Made by a program: the position numbers and the translations under genes. Under the pieces are notes generated by a model. That model was given only the letters and a program-made list of their open reading frames with translations. It was not told the DNA's origin and did not search any database. From Opitutales bacterium (GTDB lineage Bacteria > Verrucomicrobiota > Verrucomicrobiia > Opitutales > JBHJGM01), in the NCBI GenBank assembly GCA_050331595.1, contig JBHJGQ010000017.1:98415-162414 (forward strand): a stretch of 64,000 nt of DNA, in the 5' to 3' direction. Positions 1 through 9,695 of the stretch are shown in pieces (position 1 is the stretch's first letter; every line of letters begins with the position of its first letter).

Positions 1-154
1 GTTCCCGCGCAGGCCCCGTGCGGCGCCCCCTCGCGTCCACTCACCCCTCGTCATTGCGAGCAGGCCAAAGCGTCAGCGCGGGCCGACGTCGCAATCCAGG
101 CGCACGCCCGCATCCAACGACAGCATAACGGCCCCCTCTCCTGCCTGCGAAGCC

Positions 155-340
155 CTAATCCGCGCACTGCGCCTTCAGCCGTTCCGCCGCAGCTTTCAGC
201 GCGGCTTCGTCCACCACCTCACCGGCGTTCTCCAGCAACACCGTCAGCACACAGTTGTTGCCCGGACCGGTCGCCTCGGCCCATGTCCGCAGCTGCGCGT
301 ATGCAGATTCCGAGAGCGCGGCGTTGAAGCGCTTGGGCAA
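155..340 (-). CDS. small hypothetical protein, possibly ribbon-helix-helix-like
   Basis: 61-aa ORF with TTG start, 23 nt downstream of tkt on the same strand. N-terminal KRFNAALSESAYAQLRTWAE (short strand then helix) looks RHH-like. No family recognised with certainty. Confidence 0.4.
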   Translation of the reverse strand: MPKRFNAALSESAYAQLRTWAEATGPGNNCVLTVLLENAGEVVDEAALKAAAERLKAQCAD

Positions 341-363
341 TGGGTAGTGCTATTTGCGGGCGG

Positions 364-2430
364 TCATCCGCCGAGCGATAGGGCAGCGTCGACAATCGCC
401 TTGCGGTGCATGCCCAACTCGCGCAGGACCGTGGATCCGGGCGCGCTCAGACCAAAGCGGTCGATGCCAAGCACCTTGCCTTCGCTGCCCACATACTTCC
501 ACCACAGGGCCGACACGCCGGCTTCGATGGCGATGCGCCGCGTGCACGACGCCGGCAACACTTCCTCGCGGTACGCCGCGTCCTGCCGATCAAAGCGTTC
601 CGCACACGGCATCGACACCACGCGTACACCGGGCGCCAGCATCTCGGTGACTTTTTGGGCGACAACTCCGCCCTCGGATTCGCCTTTTTCCAGCGCATCG
701 GCGGCTTCCATCGCCAGGTGCAACTCGCTGCCGGTGGCGATCAGGATCAGCTTGAGCTTACCGGTTTCCTTGCGCGCGATGTAACCGCCCTTCAGCGCGC
801 CTTCGCGGCGTTCGGTTGCGGAAATCTGCGAGAGCGTCGGCAGCTTCTGGCGCGTCAGGATGAGGCCGGTCGGCCCGTCCGCGCGGGAGAAGGCCGCGGC
901 AAAAGCGGCAGCGGTTTCTTCCGGGTCGCCAGGCCGGTAGACGTCCAGGTTCGGCATGCAGCGCAGGGCACTGACCGTTTCCACCGGCTGGTGGGTCGGC
1001 CCGTCCTCGCCCACGCCGACGGAATCGTGCGTCCAGATGTAGACCACCGGCAGGTGCGACAATGCGGCTAGCCGCACAGCCGGGCGCATGTAGTCGGAAA
1101 AGACGCAGAACGTCGCACCCGAGGCCTTGAACAGGCCGTAGTACGCGAAGCCATTGAGCATCGCGCCCATCACGTGTTCGCGTATGCCAAAGTACAGGTT
1201 GCGCCCGCTGGGATCGTCGCGGCTGAAGTCGCCCACGTCCTTGATGTAATTCTTGGTCGAACCGTGCAGGTCGGCCGAACCGGACAGCAGCAGCGGGTTG
1301 CGCTGGGCCAGGGGTTGGAGGCACTTACCGCCAGCGCCGCGCGTGGCATCGGCGTAGTCATCGCCAAATTCTGGAATCGCCGCCAGCAGTTCCGCTTCCG
1401 TGCCGTGGTCACCGGCGATACCCTTGTCCAGCAGGGCGGCTTTTTCGGGATTGGCCGCGCGCCAGGCTTGATATGTCTGTTCCCACTGGGCGTAGGCCGC
1501 CTCGAGTTGTGCCTTTTTCTCGGCAAAGAATTTGTAGGTGGCCTCGCTGACGTGAAACGTTTCCTCCGGCAGGCCCAGCGCCTTGCGGGCGGACTCGGCG
1601 TAGTTCTTGCCGCTCTCGCCATGGGCCTTGCTGGTGCCTTCGACTTCGGCGATGCCCTTGCCCGCGACGGTCCGCGCAAGAATGAGCTTGGGCTTGCCGT
1701 TGCCCTTGCGGGAGCGTGCCCATTCCAGCGCTTCGAGCGTGGCGGCCATGTCGTGCCCGTCGACGGCTTTGGTTTCCCAACCCAGCGCTTCGTACCGCGC
1801 GGCCTGGTTCTCGCTCTGGGTCTTGTCGGCGGCGGCATCCAGGGTGATCTTGTTGTCGTCGAAGAGCATGATGAGGTTGTCCAGGCCGTTGTGACCGGCA
1901 AAGGACGCCGCCTCGTTGGAGATGCCTTCCTGCAGGCAACCGTCCCCGGCCAGCCCGACGATGACGTGATCGAGGATGGTGTGCTCGGGAGTGTTGAAGA
2001 TCGCCTCGGCCATCTTTGCCGCCGTGGCCATGCCCACGAGGTTGCCCGTGCCCTGACCGAGCGGGCCGGTGGTGGCTTCGACCCCGGGAGTCTCGCCAAA
2101 CTCCGGGTGGCCCGGCGTGGTGCTGTGCAGTTGGCGAAAGTTGATCACTTGCTCCAGCGGCAGGTCGTAACCGGCCAGGTGCAGCCAGCCGTAGAGAAAC
2201 ATCGAGCCGTGCCCGGCCGAGAGCACAAAGCGGTCGCGATTGATCCAATCAGGCTTGGACGGGTGGTAGCTCAGGAACGAACTCCAGAGCACGGCGCCGA
2301 TTTCCGCGCAGCCCAGCGGCAGGCCAAGGTGCCCGATGCCGGCCTTGGTCACGGCGTCGATGGCCAGCCCGCGGGCTTCGGTGGCGGCGTTGCTGAGGAT
2401 ATCCAGAGGAAGGTCGGCGGTGGTGGACAT
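364..2430 (-). CDS. tkt: transketolase
   Basis: 688-aa ORF with transketolase ThDP-binding motifs ([46 protein letters not shown]). Collinear pyrimidine-binding and C-terminal domains. Confidence 0.95.
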   Translation of the reverse strand: MSTTADLPLDILSNAATEARGLAIDAVTKAGIGHLGLPLGCAEIGAVLWSSFLSYHPSKPDWINRDRFVLSAGHGSMFLYGWLHLAGYDLPLEQVINFRQLHSTTPGHPEFGETPGVEATTGPLGQGTGNLVGMATAAKMAEAIFNTPEHTILDHVIVGLAGDGCLQEGISNEAASFAGHNGLDNLIMLFDDNKITLDAAADKTQSENQAARYEALGWETKAVDGHDMAATLEALEWARSRKGNGKPKLILARTVAGKGIAEVEGTSKAHGESGKNYAESARKALGLPEETFHVSEATYKFFAEKKAQLEAAYAQWEQTYQAWRAANPEKAALLDKGIAGDHGTEAELLAAIPEFGDDYADATRGAGGKCLQPLAQRNPLLLSGSADLHGSTKNYIKDVGDFSRDDPSGRNLYFGIREHVMGAMLNGFAYYGLFKASGATFCVFSDYMRPAVRLAALSHLPVVYIWTHDSVGVGEDGPTHQPVETVSALRCMPNLDVYRPGDPEETAAAFAAAFSRADGPTGLILTRQKLPTLSQISATERREGALKGGYIARKETGKLKLILIATGSELHLAMEAADALEKGESEGGVVAQKVTEMLAPGVRVVSMPCAERFDRQDAAYREEVLPASCTRRIAIEAGVSALWWKYVGSEGKVLGIDRFGLSAPGSTVLRELGMHRKAIVDAALSLGG

Positions 2431-2742
2431 AGGTGGGGGGCTGAAGTCGTTGGATCAATCGGTGATCTGCCAAAGAGGGACGCGGCAGCGCGTTGTGGTC
2501 CTGCTGACACTACCCCGCACCCAGCCCAAGAAAAGCAAAACTTCGCGGCCGGGTTCACTTCCAGAGTCCGCCGTGCGCGAGTTTATTGCGCCGCGGGTGC
2601 ACTCGGAGGCAGATCGACACCGCTTCCGGATCGTCGTGGTCCGGCTGTTTACCGGATGCGGCGGAGCGGTCTCGCGCGAGAATTTCCTTTTCTCAGCCGT
2701 GGCCTTGGCCCTGTATGGAGGGCTCTAGCCCGTAAAATCGAC

Positions 2743-3153
2743 ATGTCCAAGGAACTCGAAGAAGGCAGTACGCTGCAGCTGGATTTCACAAAGCTGGCCA
2801 AAGTGGCCGCCTGCGGTCAGGACCTGTTGCCCGTCGTGGCTCAGGATGCTGACACCGGCGAGGTGCTCATCGTCGCCTACGCCAATCAGCTCGCACTGGA
2901 GACCGCGCTGAAAGAGCGCATGGCCACCTTTTGGTCCAGCAGCCGCAACGAGCTGTGGATCAAGGGCAAGACCAGCGGCGACTTTCTCGAATTGATCGAG
3001 GTACGCGTGAACTGCGAGCAGAACTCCCTGCTGTACAAGGTGCGGCCCAAGGGCAAGGGCGCCTGCCATACCAAGGACGCCTACGGCAACCCCCGTACCG
3101 GCTGCTACTACCGCCGCCTCGGCTCCGAGGACCGGACGCTGGAGATGGTGTAG
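2743..3153 (+). CDS. hisI: phosphoribosyl-AMP cyclohydrolase (monofunctional HisI)
   Basis: 136 aa from ATG 2743, at the 3' end of a long spurious ORF (1174..3153). Core LLPVVAQDADTGEVLIVAYAN ... WSSSRNELWIKGKTSGDFLELIEVRVNCEQNSLLYKV matches HisI. No HisE part. Confidence 0.9.
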   Translation: MSKELEEGSTLQLDFTKLAKVAACGQDLLPVVAQDADTGEVLIVAYANQLALETALKERMATFWSSSRNELWIKGKTSGDFLELIEVRVNCEQNSLLYKVRPKGKGACHTKDAYGNPRTGCYYRRLGSEDRTLEMV

Positions 3154-3733
3154 CCTGTTGCGGTGAGTACGCCCGGCCACATCCTTGCCATCGGTGGCAG
3201 AGAGGGAAAAGGGGGGATGCCTCCGCAGTGTTTGGTTCAGTGCGCCGTAGCACTTGGTTTTTCGTCAAGGCCTGACCCCTTTAGGGTATCCCGAGCCCAT
3301 TGAGCAGATGGTCCTGCACCAGTTCTCCTTTGCCGACCCATTTTCCAACGAGGCCGATGCCGGGCCCGCGCCGCAGATTCCCGACCAGTCCGACTCCAAA
3401 TAGGATGGGACTCACCTCGCATAACGGCACTCAGAGGCGTATTTCCCGGGGCCTTGCAGCCCCACCCATCAAAGAGACCGATTCAATTACTTTCGGCGCT
3501 AGCAAAAGCTTGCGCATTTTCTGCTCAACACTGCCCATCCAGCCAACCCATCGTTTCCCATAGCTTCCGATTTATGGTAGACTCTCCCTACCATGCCAAA
3601 GACACTCCAGGCCTGGCGACAACGGTTGCTCCCCAGGCCTCGACCAAGATCACGGACCACCCCAAAATTTTCGCCGACTGCATCCTCGGATACATTGGCG
3701 ACCCCTGGTTCGAGGCACTCCCGACCGCCAGCC

Positions 3734-5083
3734 CTACTTCCAAAACTGCCCCGTGACCCCATTCTTGCCGGTGCCGCGATTGGAGGGAGCCCAGGTGAGC
3801 GTGTCTTTTTCGGGGTCGGCGAAGTCGTAGGCCAGGTAGAGACTTGGGGTGCCGTGCAGGGTGTTGTCGGCGAAAGTGACGTCGATGTCCGCGCCGCCGG
3901 CGTGCAGGTGCAGGGCAGGTTGACCGGTGCCGCCTTCCCAAAAAAAATCGTTCCCCACAATCTGCAGGTTCGTGCCGTGTCCTCGCAGGGTCCACTTGTC
4001 GTGGCCGAAGAGGCGCAGCGCGAGCGCGGGCCCGGTCAGGTCCCGAAAGACATTGCCCTCAATCACGGCGTTGGAAAGGCCGTACGAGAACACGTGCCAC
4101 CGGTGCGGGCCCTGGATTGTGTTGCGCGCGATCACAACCGAGCCTTCGCGCGCCTTGGGCTCGTTGTGGATCGAAAAGCCATTCTTGGGCTGCCAGTGCG
4201 GGTAGTCGCGGTTGGCCTCGACGGTGTTGTCGGCCAGCACCAAGGTTTGCGCGCCGGTCAGGAAGGTCTCCACGGCGGCGTTGTAATAGTTGAAGAACTT
4301 ATTGCCGACGATCCGACCGGCCGGACCCGATATCGCCGACGAAGGCGTCCCGTGAACCCGGCACCCCTCAATGAGCACATCGCACCGCGCGTTGCCGCCC
4401 TTGTAAATCAGCTCGCCGCGAAAATGGTCCACCTCCACGTTCACAATCCGCACGTTTTCCAGGTGGACCGGACCCCAACCCAGGCTGATGCCCTTGTGCG
4501 AAATGTCCCAATAGTGCACCCGCTCCTCCTTGCTCCACCAGGCGTCGTTGTCGATCGGTCGCGCGTTGCCGCTCAGGCGCAAATCCCGAATGGTGACGTT
4601 TCTCAGCGTGCCGCCCCGACGCCCCGGATTGAAAACGATGCCGTGCCCACGGTGCGAATACTCCCAGTCGTTGTCCCAGGTATCCACGCTTTGGATACGG
4701 TAGCGCCCGCGACGCTTTTCGACGAAAAAGCGATTTGGGTCGCGCAGGCCGTAGACGTGGCAGGAAAGGACGGTTGCGTCCATTCCCGCGCCCTGAAGGG
4801 TGAGGTTGCCCTGGCGAATGCGAAAGATCTCCGTCTCCTCGATTTTCTGCGGCGCGCACAGGTAGGTGCCTGCTTCGAAGACAACGGTGCCACCCTCGCG
4901 TTCGGCGGCGCGAATGGCCTGGCGGATGGCGGCGGTGTCGTCGGCGGTGTCATCGGGCAGCGCGCCGAAATCCCGCACGTGAAACACGTTCTCGGCGACG
5001 CTCTCAGCGTGGAGCGCCGAAACCGCCAGCGTGGCTAGCAGCCCTATGCAGAGGGTTGCCTGTTTAAAGAAGCCGTTACGCAT
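3734..5083 (-). CDS. secreted right-handed beta-helix glycosidase/lyase (pectate-lyase superfamily)
   Basis: 449 aa with a signal peptide (LLATLAVSALHA). FHVRDFGALPDDTADDTAAIRQAIRAAEREGGTVVFEAGTYL is the N-terminal signature of pectate-lyase-superfamily beta-helix proteins. Confidence 0.75.
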   Translation of the reverse strand: MRNGFFKQATLCIGLLATLAVSALHAESVAENVFHVRDFGALPDDTADDTAAIRQAIRAAEREGGTVVFEAGTYLCAPQKIEETEIFRIRQGNLTLQGAGMDATVLSCHVYGLRDPNRFFVEKRRGRYRIQSVDTWDNDWEYSHRGHGIVFNPGRRGGTLRNVTIRDLRLSGNARPIDNDAWWSKEERVHYWDISHKGISLGWGPVHLENVRIVNVEVDHFRGELIYKGGNARCDVLIEGCRVHGTPSSAISGPAGRIVGNKFFNYYNAAVETFLTGAQTLVLADNTVEANRDYPHWQPKNGFSIHNEPKAREGSVVIARNTIQGPHRWHVFSYGLSNAVIEGNVFRDLTGPALALRLFGHDKWTLRGHGTNLQIVGNDFFWEGGTGQPALHLHAGGADIDVTFADNTLHGTPSLYLAYDFADPEKDTLTWAPSNRGTGKNGVTGQFWK

Positions 5084-5183
5084 CGAAAGGAGATCCTATC
5101 GGCTTTGACACGGCGGGCAAACGCGGGTTCGCGGCAAATGCGCATGCTTGCCGTGGGTGCCGTGATCACGTTATCAAAACGAG

Positions 5184-6689
5184 ATGACAGTCTTCCGACG
5201 CATTCGATCGATTTTCGCCATGGGTACGCTAACGCTGGTTGCCGCGCCTGTTTGGGGCGAGGGCCACGCAACGCACAAACCCGTTCAGTACAATGTGGGC
5301 GGAGTGACCCTGGAAAGTCGTTTCGTCACAGTCGAGCGCGAAGGCAAGCAGCCGGGCCTGTTGATCGTCCCGAACTGGATGGGGCCGCGAGAATATTTTT
5401 TTGAGATGGGCGCGAAGTGGGCCAACGAGGGCTTCGTGGTGCTGGTGGTGGACATGTACGGCGTGGACGTGCGCCCGAAAAACGCTCAAGAAGCCGGGCA
5501 GGCCGCCGGCGGCATCTACGCAAAGCCGGACCAATTTCGCGCGCGCATTACCAAGGCCCTTGAATTGCTCGAAGCACACGACGCGGTCGACCCGGAGCGC
5601 ATCGCCGCCTTTGGCTTTTGTTTTGGCGGGCGAACGGTGTTGGAACTGGCCCGCACCGGGGCCGACGTGCAAGGGGTGATTTCGTTTCACGGCGCGCTCA
5701 AGCCCGTCGACCCCAAAGCCACCCCGGACTTCAAAGCCGAGGTCGTAGCGCTGCACGGCGACGTTGACCCCTACGTGCCCGACGAGGAAGAGGCGGCCTT
5801 CAAGGACGAACTTCGCGCGCACGAGGCCGAGTGGACCTTCATCAGCTTTGGCAACACCGTCCACTCCTTCACCAACCCCGAGGCCAACATGCCGGGCGCG
5901 GCGATGTACAGTCCCGAGGTCGCGGCGCAGTCCTGGGAGATCGCCGATGAATACCTGGAAAAATGGTGCGAGCCTGAAGGCGAGGAGGATGACGACGACG
6001 TGGCCCGCGCCGAACCCCGGGACTTTCCACGCGAGCTGACCGTTTCTGTCCCACCGGAGGGCATGTGGTTTGTCGAAGATGTTCCGGTGCCGCCGCTGGC
6101 GGACACGCCGCACGCCTCGCTGTCGGCCTACCTCGCGCAGTTGCAGGCCCTCTCGCAGGAGCCACTGACCGTGATCCTGGCGGTGGACAAGGAGATGCAA
6201 TTTCGCGAAGTGCAGCGCATGATGGGAGCGGTGAAGCAGGCGGGCATTGAAACCGTGCAACTGCGCCTGGCCCAGTTTCGTCTGGGCGGCTCAGGGACCG
6301 GTCAATTGAAGGGAGCGATCAGCTTTGTCGATCCCTCCAACGCCGGCTTCGACCTGCAGTACAAGCGATCGAGCCCTCTGCCTCGAGCCGCTGACGAAGA
6401 TGGGCGCCGGGCCGAGTCCGCGACGAGCGTTCAGGCGGCGGTGCTGACCATCACCAGCGACGGGCTCATGCAGCTGGACGGGGTGGACCTGCGCCTTTCA
6501 GACGACCCTTATTTCCGGGCGCTGACCGAACAACTGAAGACCATCCGCTTAGCGGCTTCGGACGAGGAAAAGGCACTGGCGCTGCAGATCAGGGCCGCCT
6601 CGAACACGCCCAACAGATACCTTGTCCAGGCGATGGATGCGGCCGCCCGCGCCGGCGTCGAAAGAGTCACCCTGCAGTCAACCCTCTGA
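5184..6689 (+). CDS. secreted dienelactone hydrolase fused to two ExbD/TolR-like C-terminal domains
   Basis: 501 aa with a signal peptide. DLH triad context: GFCFGGRT (Cys), HGDVDPYVP (Asp), NTVHSFTNP (His). An acidic linker (EGEEDDDD) follows. Then two segments end LTVILAVDKEMQFREVQRMMGAVKQAGIETVQLRL and ALALQIRAASNTPNRYLVQAMDAAARAGVERVTLQS, matching the ExbD periplasmic-domain pattern. No TM anchor. Confidence 0.7.
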   Translation: MTVFRRIRSIFAMGTLTLVAAPVWGEGHATHKPVQYNVGGVTLESRFVTVEREGKQPGLLIVPNWMGPREYFFEMGAKWANEGFVVLVVDMYGVDVRPKNAQEAGQAAGGIYAKPDQFRARITKALELLEAHDAVDPERIAAFGFCFGGRTVLELARTGADVQGVISFHGALKPVDPKATPDFKAEVVALHGDVDPYVPDEEEAAFKDELRAHEAEWTFISFGNTVHSFTNPEANMPGAAMYSPEVAAQSWEIADEYLEKWCEPEGEEDDDDVARAEPRDFPRELTVSVPPEGMWFVEDVPVPPLADTPHASLSAYLAQLQALSQEPLTVILAVDKEMQFREVQRMMGAVKQAGIETVQLRLAQFRLGGSGTGQLKGAISFVDPSNAGFDLQYKRSSPLPRAADEDGRRAESATSVQAAVLTITSDGLMQLDGVDLRLSDDPYFRALTEQLKTIRLAASDEEKALALQIRAASNTPNRYLVQAMDAAARAGVERVTLQSTL

Positions 6690-6744
6690 GACGGGCACCC
6701 GCGCCGGAGAGGTCCTGGGCGTTACGCACGTGGAGACTTGGAAA

Positions 6745-8067
6745 ATGGGGCTGTTCAACTTTGGCGGATCGGGTTCGGATGCGCAGCCGTGGCTCAAGCG
6801 CAAAGACTGGGCCAGTGGCCGCGTCAAGAACAGCGGCGGGCTGTCGGGGCTGCTCTTCTTTGGAGGGTTTGCGCTTTTCTGGAACGTGGTTTCGTGGACG
6901 CTGACCGTCAAGATCCTGACCGAGGGCATCCGCGACCCGATCACGTACGTTGTTCTGCTGTTCCCGGCCGTCGGTCTGGGCCTGCTGGGCTGGTTGGCCT
7001 ACATATGTCTTCGCTGGCGCAAATACGGCAAAGTTGTCTTTGAGATGAGCGAGGTGCCCGGGGTGCTTGGGGGGCCGCTGGCCGGCGTCATCTTGATCCC
7101 CACGCAGGTGGCGCCGCGCGAAGGTTTCCGCCTTTCGCTCAAAAGCATCCACACCTACACCACCGGCTCGGGCAAGAACCGCAGGCAGCAACGCGATACG
7201 GTGTGGGAGGCCACCCAGGTGCTCACGCACGAGGCGATGGCCGATGACCCGACCCAGACGGCCCTGCCGGTGTACTTCGATGTGCCCTACGACACGCAGC
7301 CCACCTCCAGCGGAGGTTCCTTTTCGTTCGAGGTCAAAGGCGTCGGGCGACGTACACGAGACACCTACTCGTGGAAGCTGGAGGCCAAGGCGAAGACCGA
7401 GGGCATCGACTTTGGGGCGAGCTTTGACGTGCCGGTGTACCCGACCGAGCACAGCAATGAATCGCTGACGCAGGCCGTACTCAACGACCCGTTACGGGCC
7501 CGCGGCAACTCGCCCACGCAGAGCTTTCAGGCCGTCACCGACCCCGAAGAAGCGCTGCGTGACGCCTCGGTCCAGATCACCGGCGAGCCGGGCGCGGGCA
7601 AGGTCTATGCTTTTCGCCAAAAGAAGTCGCCCGTGACGATGGCCATGCTGCTGTTGCTCGGTGGCGCGCTGCCCATCGGTTTGATCGCCTTGGCGTTGTC
7701 GGGTGGGCTGTCCTTGCCCTTCGCGCTGGTCGGTGTCGGGATCGGCGTTGTCGCAGGGGTGATCGGGATCCTCTACATGAGCACAGCAACGGCCACCGTT
7801 TACCGCGATCGAATTGAGCTGGAGAATCGCTCGTTGCTTGGCCGCAAGCAGCAGACGCTGGCCGATGGTCAACTGGCGAGCATCGAGACGGCCGAGTGGT
7901 GCAAGGTCAACGGTGTGCCGGTCTACTCACTGGCCTTCATGCCGGCCGATGGTGGCAAGCCCTTCAAGCTGCGGTCGGGGCTCAAGGGCATGCCCCTGGC
8001 CAATCAGGCCGTGCGTTCCATGTACGCGGCGATGGACCGCAATGAGCCGGAGTCGGTGGACGGCTGA
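6745..8067 (+). CDS. membrane protein of unknown function (2 TM, soluble insert, 2 TM, C-terminal PH-like region)
   Basis: 440 aa from ATG 6745; the upstream part of ORF 6622..8067 overlaps the preceding gene. Hydrophobic spans are LLFFGGFALFWNVVSW, VVLLFPAVGLGLLGWLAYI and MAMLLLLGGALPIGLIALAL..VGVGIGVVAGVIGILY. No family recognised. Confidence 0.6.
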   Translation: MGLFNFGGSGSDAQPWLKRKDWASGRVKNSGGLSGLLFFGGFALFWNVVSWTLTVKILTEGIRDPITYVVLLFPAVGLGLLGWLAYICLRWRKYGKVVFEMSEVPGVLGGPLAGVILIPTQVAPREGFRLSLKSIHTYTTGSGKNRRQQRDTVWEATQVLTHEAMADDPTQTALPVYFDVPYDTQPTSSGGSFSFEVKGVGRRTRDTYSWKLEAKAKTEGIDFGASFDVPVYPTEHSNESLTQAVLNDPLRARGNSPTQSFQAVTDPEEALRDASVQITGEPGAGKVYAFRQKKSPVTMAMLLLLGGALPIGLIALALSGGLSLPFALVGVGIGVVAGVIGILYMSTATATVYRDRIELENRSLLGRKQQTLADGQLASIETAEWCKVNGVPVYSLAFMPADGGKPFKLRSGLKGMPLANQAVRSMYAAMDRNEPESVDG

Positions 8068-8163
8068 CGCACCCTGTCTCCGATTATCTATCCTCGTGTG
8101 GTTGGCGTTTGGCGCAGCGTTCAACCATGCCGAGGCAGTGGCCCAGGCGGCCGTTGACAGCAC

Positions 8164-8652
8164 CTACGCGGTGGCTTTTTCGGGGGCGGGAGACTGGTCG
8201 AGAAACTCTGCGAGAATCTCGGGGATCACCTGGTTGCGGTGCGTGAAGATGCCCTCGACCTGGCGACGAACGAAAGGCAGCGCGATTTGGCCAAACGGAT
8301 AAAAGGGTAGCTTGTAGCGCACGTGGTCCGTCATCAGGGTGCCGCCGTCGCGCTCCTCAAAGGTGTGCGTGTGAATCCACTGCTTGTACGGGCCCTTCAG
8401 TTGCTCGTCGGTGAAGGAAAAGGGCGGATTCCATTCGCTGATGCGGGTGCGCCAGCGCGCCGGAATGCCGTTGATGCGCAGCTTGTAGTCGATCAGCGCG
8501 CCCGTTTTCATCTCGAAGGGCTGCGGCGTCAGAATGTGAAAATTCAGGCTCGGCGGGGTGATGCGCTCGAGGTTGCCCGCGTCGGCGAAAAAGGGAAAGA
8601 CCTGCTCGCGGGGGTACGGCAGGAAGCATTCGCGTTGGAGAACGTGTTCCAT
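8164..8652 (-). CDS. SRPBCC (START/polyketide-cyclase-like) family protein
   Basis: 162 aa. Pattern FPFFADAGNLERITPP ... RWRTRISEWNPPFSFTDEQLKGPYKQWIHTHTFEE..GGTLMTDHVRY is typical of the COG4276-type SRPBCC family. Confidence 0.75.
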   Translation of the reverse strand: MEHVLQRECFLPYPREQVFPFFADAGNLERITPPSLNFHILTPQPFEMKTGALIDYKLRINGIPARWRTRISEWNPPFSFTDEQLKGPYKQWIHTHTFEERDGGTLMTDHVRYKLPFYPFGQIALPFVRRQVEGIFTHRNQVIPEILAEFLDQSPAPEKATA

Positions 8653-8657
8653 AATAC

Positions 8658-8721
8658 CTCCAGTCTTTTCAGGAACGCCTGAAAGACAAGCGGAGCGGAA
8701 CGTTCTTCAGTAAGACTGGAG
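8658..8721 (-). promoter_or_regulatory. 5' leader hairpin sequestering the Shine-Dalgarno of the SRPBCC gene
   Basis: On the mRNA strand, CUCCAGUCUU (8712..8721) is perfectly complementary to AAGACUGGAG (8658..8667). The latter contains the GGAGG four nt upstream of the ATG at 8652. An inner 7-bp hairpin UUUCAGG-CGUU-CCUGAAA lies between the arms. Confidence 0.45.
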
Positions 8722-9011
8722 CTCTGCCACGAATGAGCTGTATCGCGGAGCGTTGTTGAATTTCTGGTGTGTCTAGCGTTCCCACACAGACCCTCTTGTC
8801 CCGGCGGCAGGCTTTTAAATCCCGTTCATCCATCCGCTTACGAGGCTGGGTCTACGAGGTTTGTTTACGCCGATTCAGGCGGACGAAACCTGGCGCTGCG
8901 TACGGGAACTGAGATTCCCTCATTTGCTTCTGCTCAAACAAGGACCGCGAGCATCGACGCACGTCAACCAACGACCCTGCTCCACAGACGTGGTGGACCC
9001 CTCCGCCTGCC

Positions 9012-9695
9012 TCAATTCATCTGGATGCCGTCGTCGTCGAGGCCACCTTTGAGCTTCTTGTCGATGATGAGGCGCTCGTTCTCGCGGCGCAGCAACTCGA
9101 GGTAGCGCTCATAGCGACGGGCGACGTTGAGCTGCTCCAGTAGCATCTGCTTTTGCTGGTGGTCGGGACAAAGGGTGAAGGCGGCGATGTCGAGAAAGAC
9201 CTCTGGATCGCGCACCTGCGTGAGAAACTCGACCAGCTCCTGCGGGATGTTACCGCCCAGCTTGCGGTTCTGGCTGATGAGCCGGGTAAGGTTGGCCCGC
9301 AGTTCGCGCAGGTCTTTGTCTTCGGCGCCGGGCTCGGTATCCAGGGGCTCGATTTCAGTCAGCCGGTAGGGTTCCTCGGAAATGATACGTTTGAAGCGAA
9401 TCCGCGCCAGTCCCTGCAGGACGAGGTGGGAGGTCTCGTCGGCGTTCTTGCGGCAATGGCGGACCATGCCGACGGTGGCCACTTCGTAGGGCGGTTCAAA
9501 ACGGCCGGTCGCTTCGGCTTCTTTTACGTTCATGCCGGCCACGGCAAAGAGGCGGTCGCTCTCAAGCACGTGCTGCAGCATCGTTCGGTAACGCGGCTCG
9601 AAAATATACAGGGGTAGGACGGCGTGGGGAAAGAGCGTGGTGTTAGGCAAGGTCATGACGGGGACCTCGCTGGGAATCTCAATGGTGACTGCCAT
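9012..9695 (-). CDS. LON N-terminal (substrate-binding) domain protein
   Basis: 227 aa. MTLPNTTLFPHAVLPLYIFEPRYRTML is the LON N-domain signature. No AAA+ or protease domain. Confidence 0.8.
   Translation of the reverse strand: MAVTIEIPSEVPVMTLPNTTLFPHAVLPLYIFEPRYRTMLQHVLESDRLFAVAGMNVKEAEATGRFEPPYEVATVGMVRHCRKNADETSHLVLQGLARIRFKRIISEEPYRLTEIEPLDTEPGAEDKDLRELRANLTRLISQNRKLGGNIPQELVEFLTQVRDPEVFLDIAAFTLCPDHQQKQMLLEQLNVARRYERYLELLRRENERLIIDKKLKGGLDDDGIQMN

Noticed and set aside
1174-3153. 659-aa plus-strand ORF running antisense through tkt
   Set aside because: Only its last 136 codons (hisI) look like a protein. The remainder is Arg/Ala/Gly-rich, mirror-frame sequence typical of GC-rich genomes, and tkt on the opposite strand has unmistakable motifs.
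4970-4990. CACGTGAAACA, a half-match to the parS consensus TGTTTCACGTGAAACA
   Set aside because: The left half (ATCCCG) does not match. It lies inside a CDS far from parB. Other partial hits (1551, 31271, 46991) are equally incomplete.
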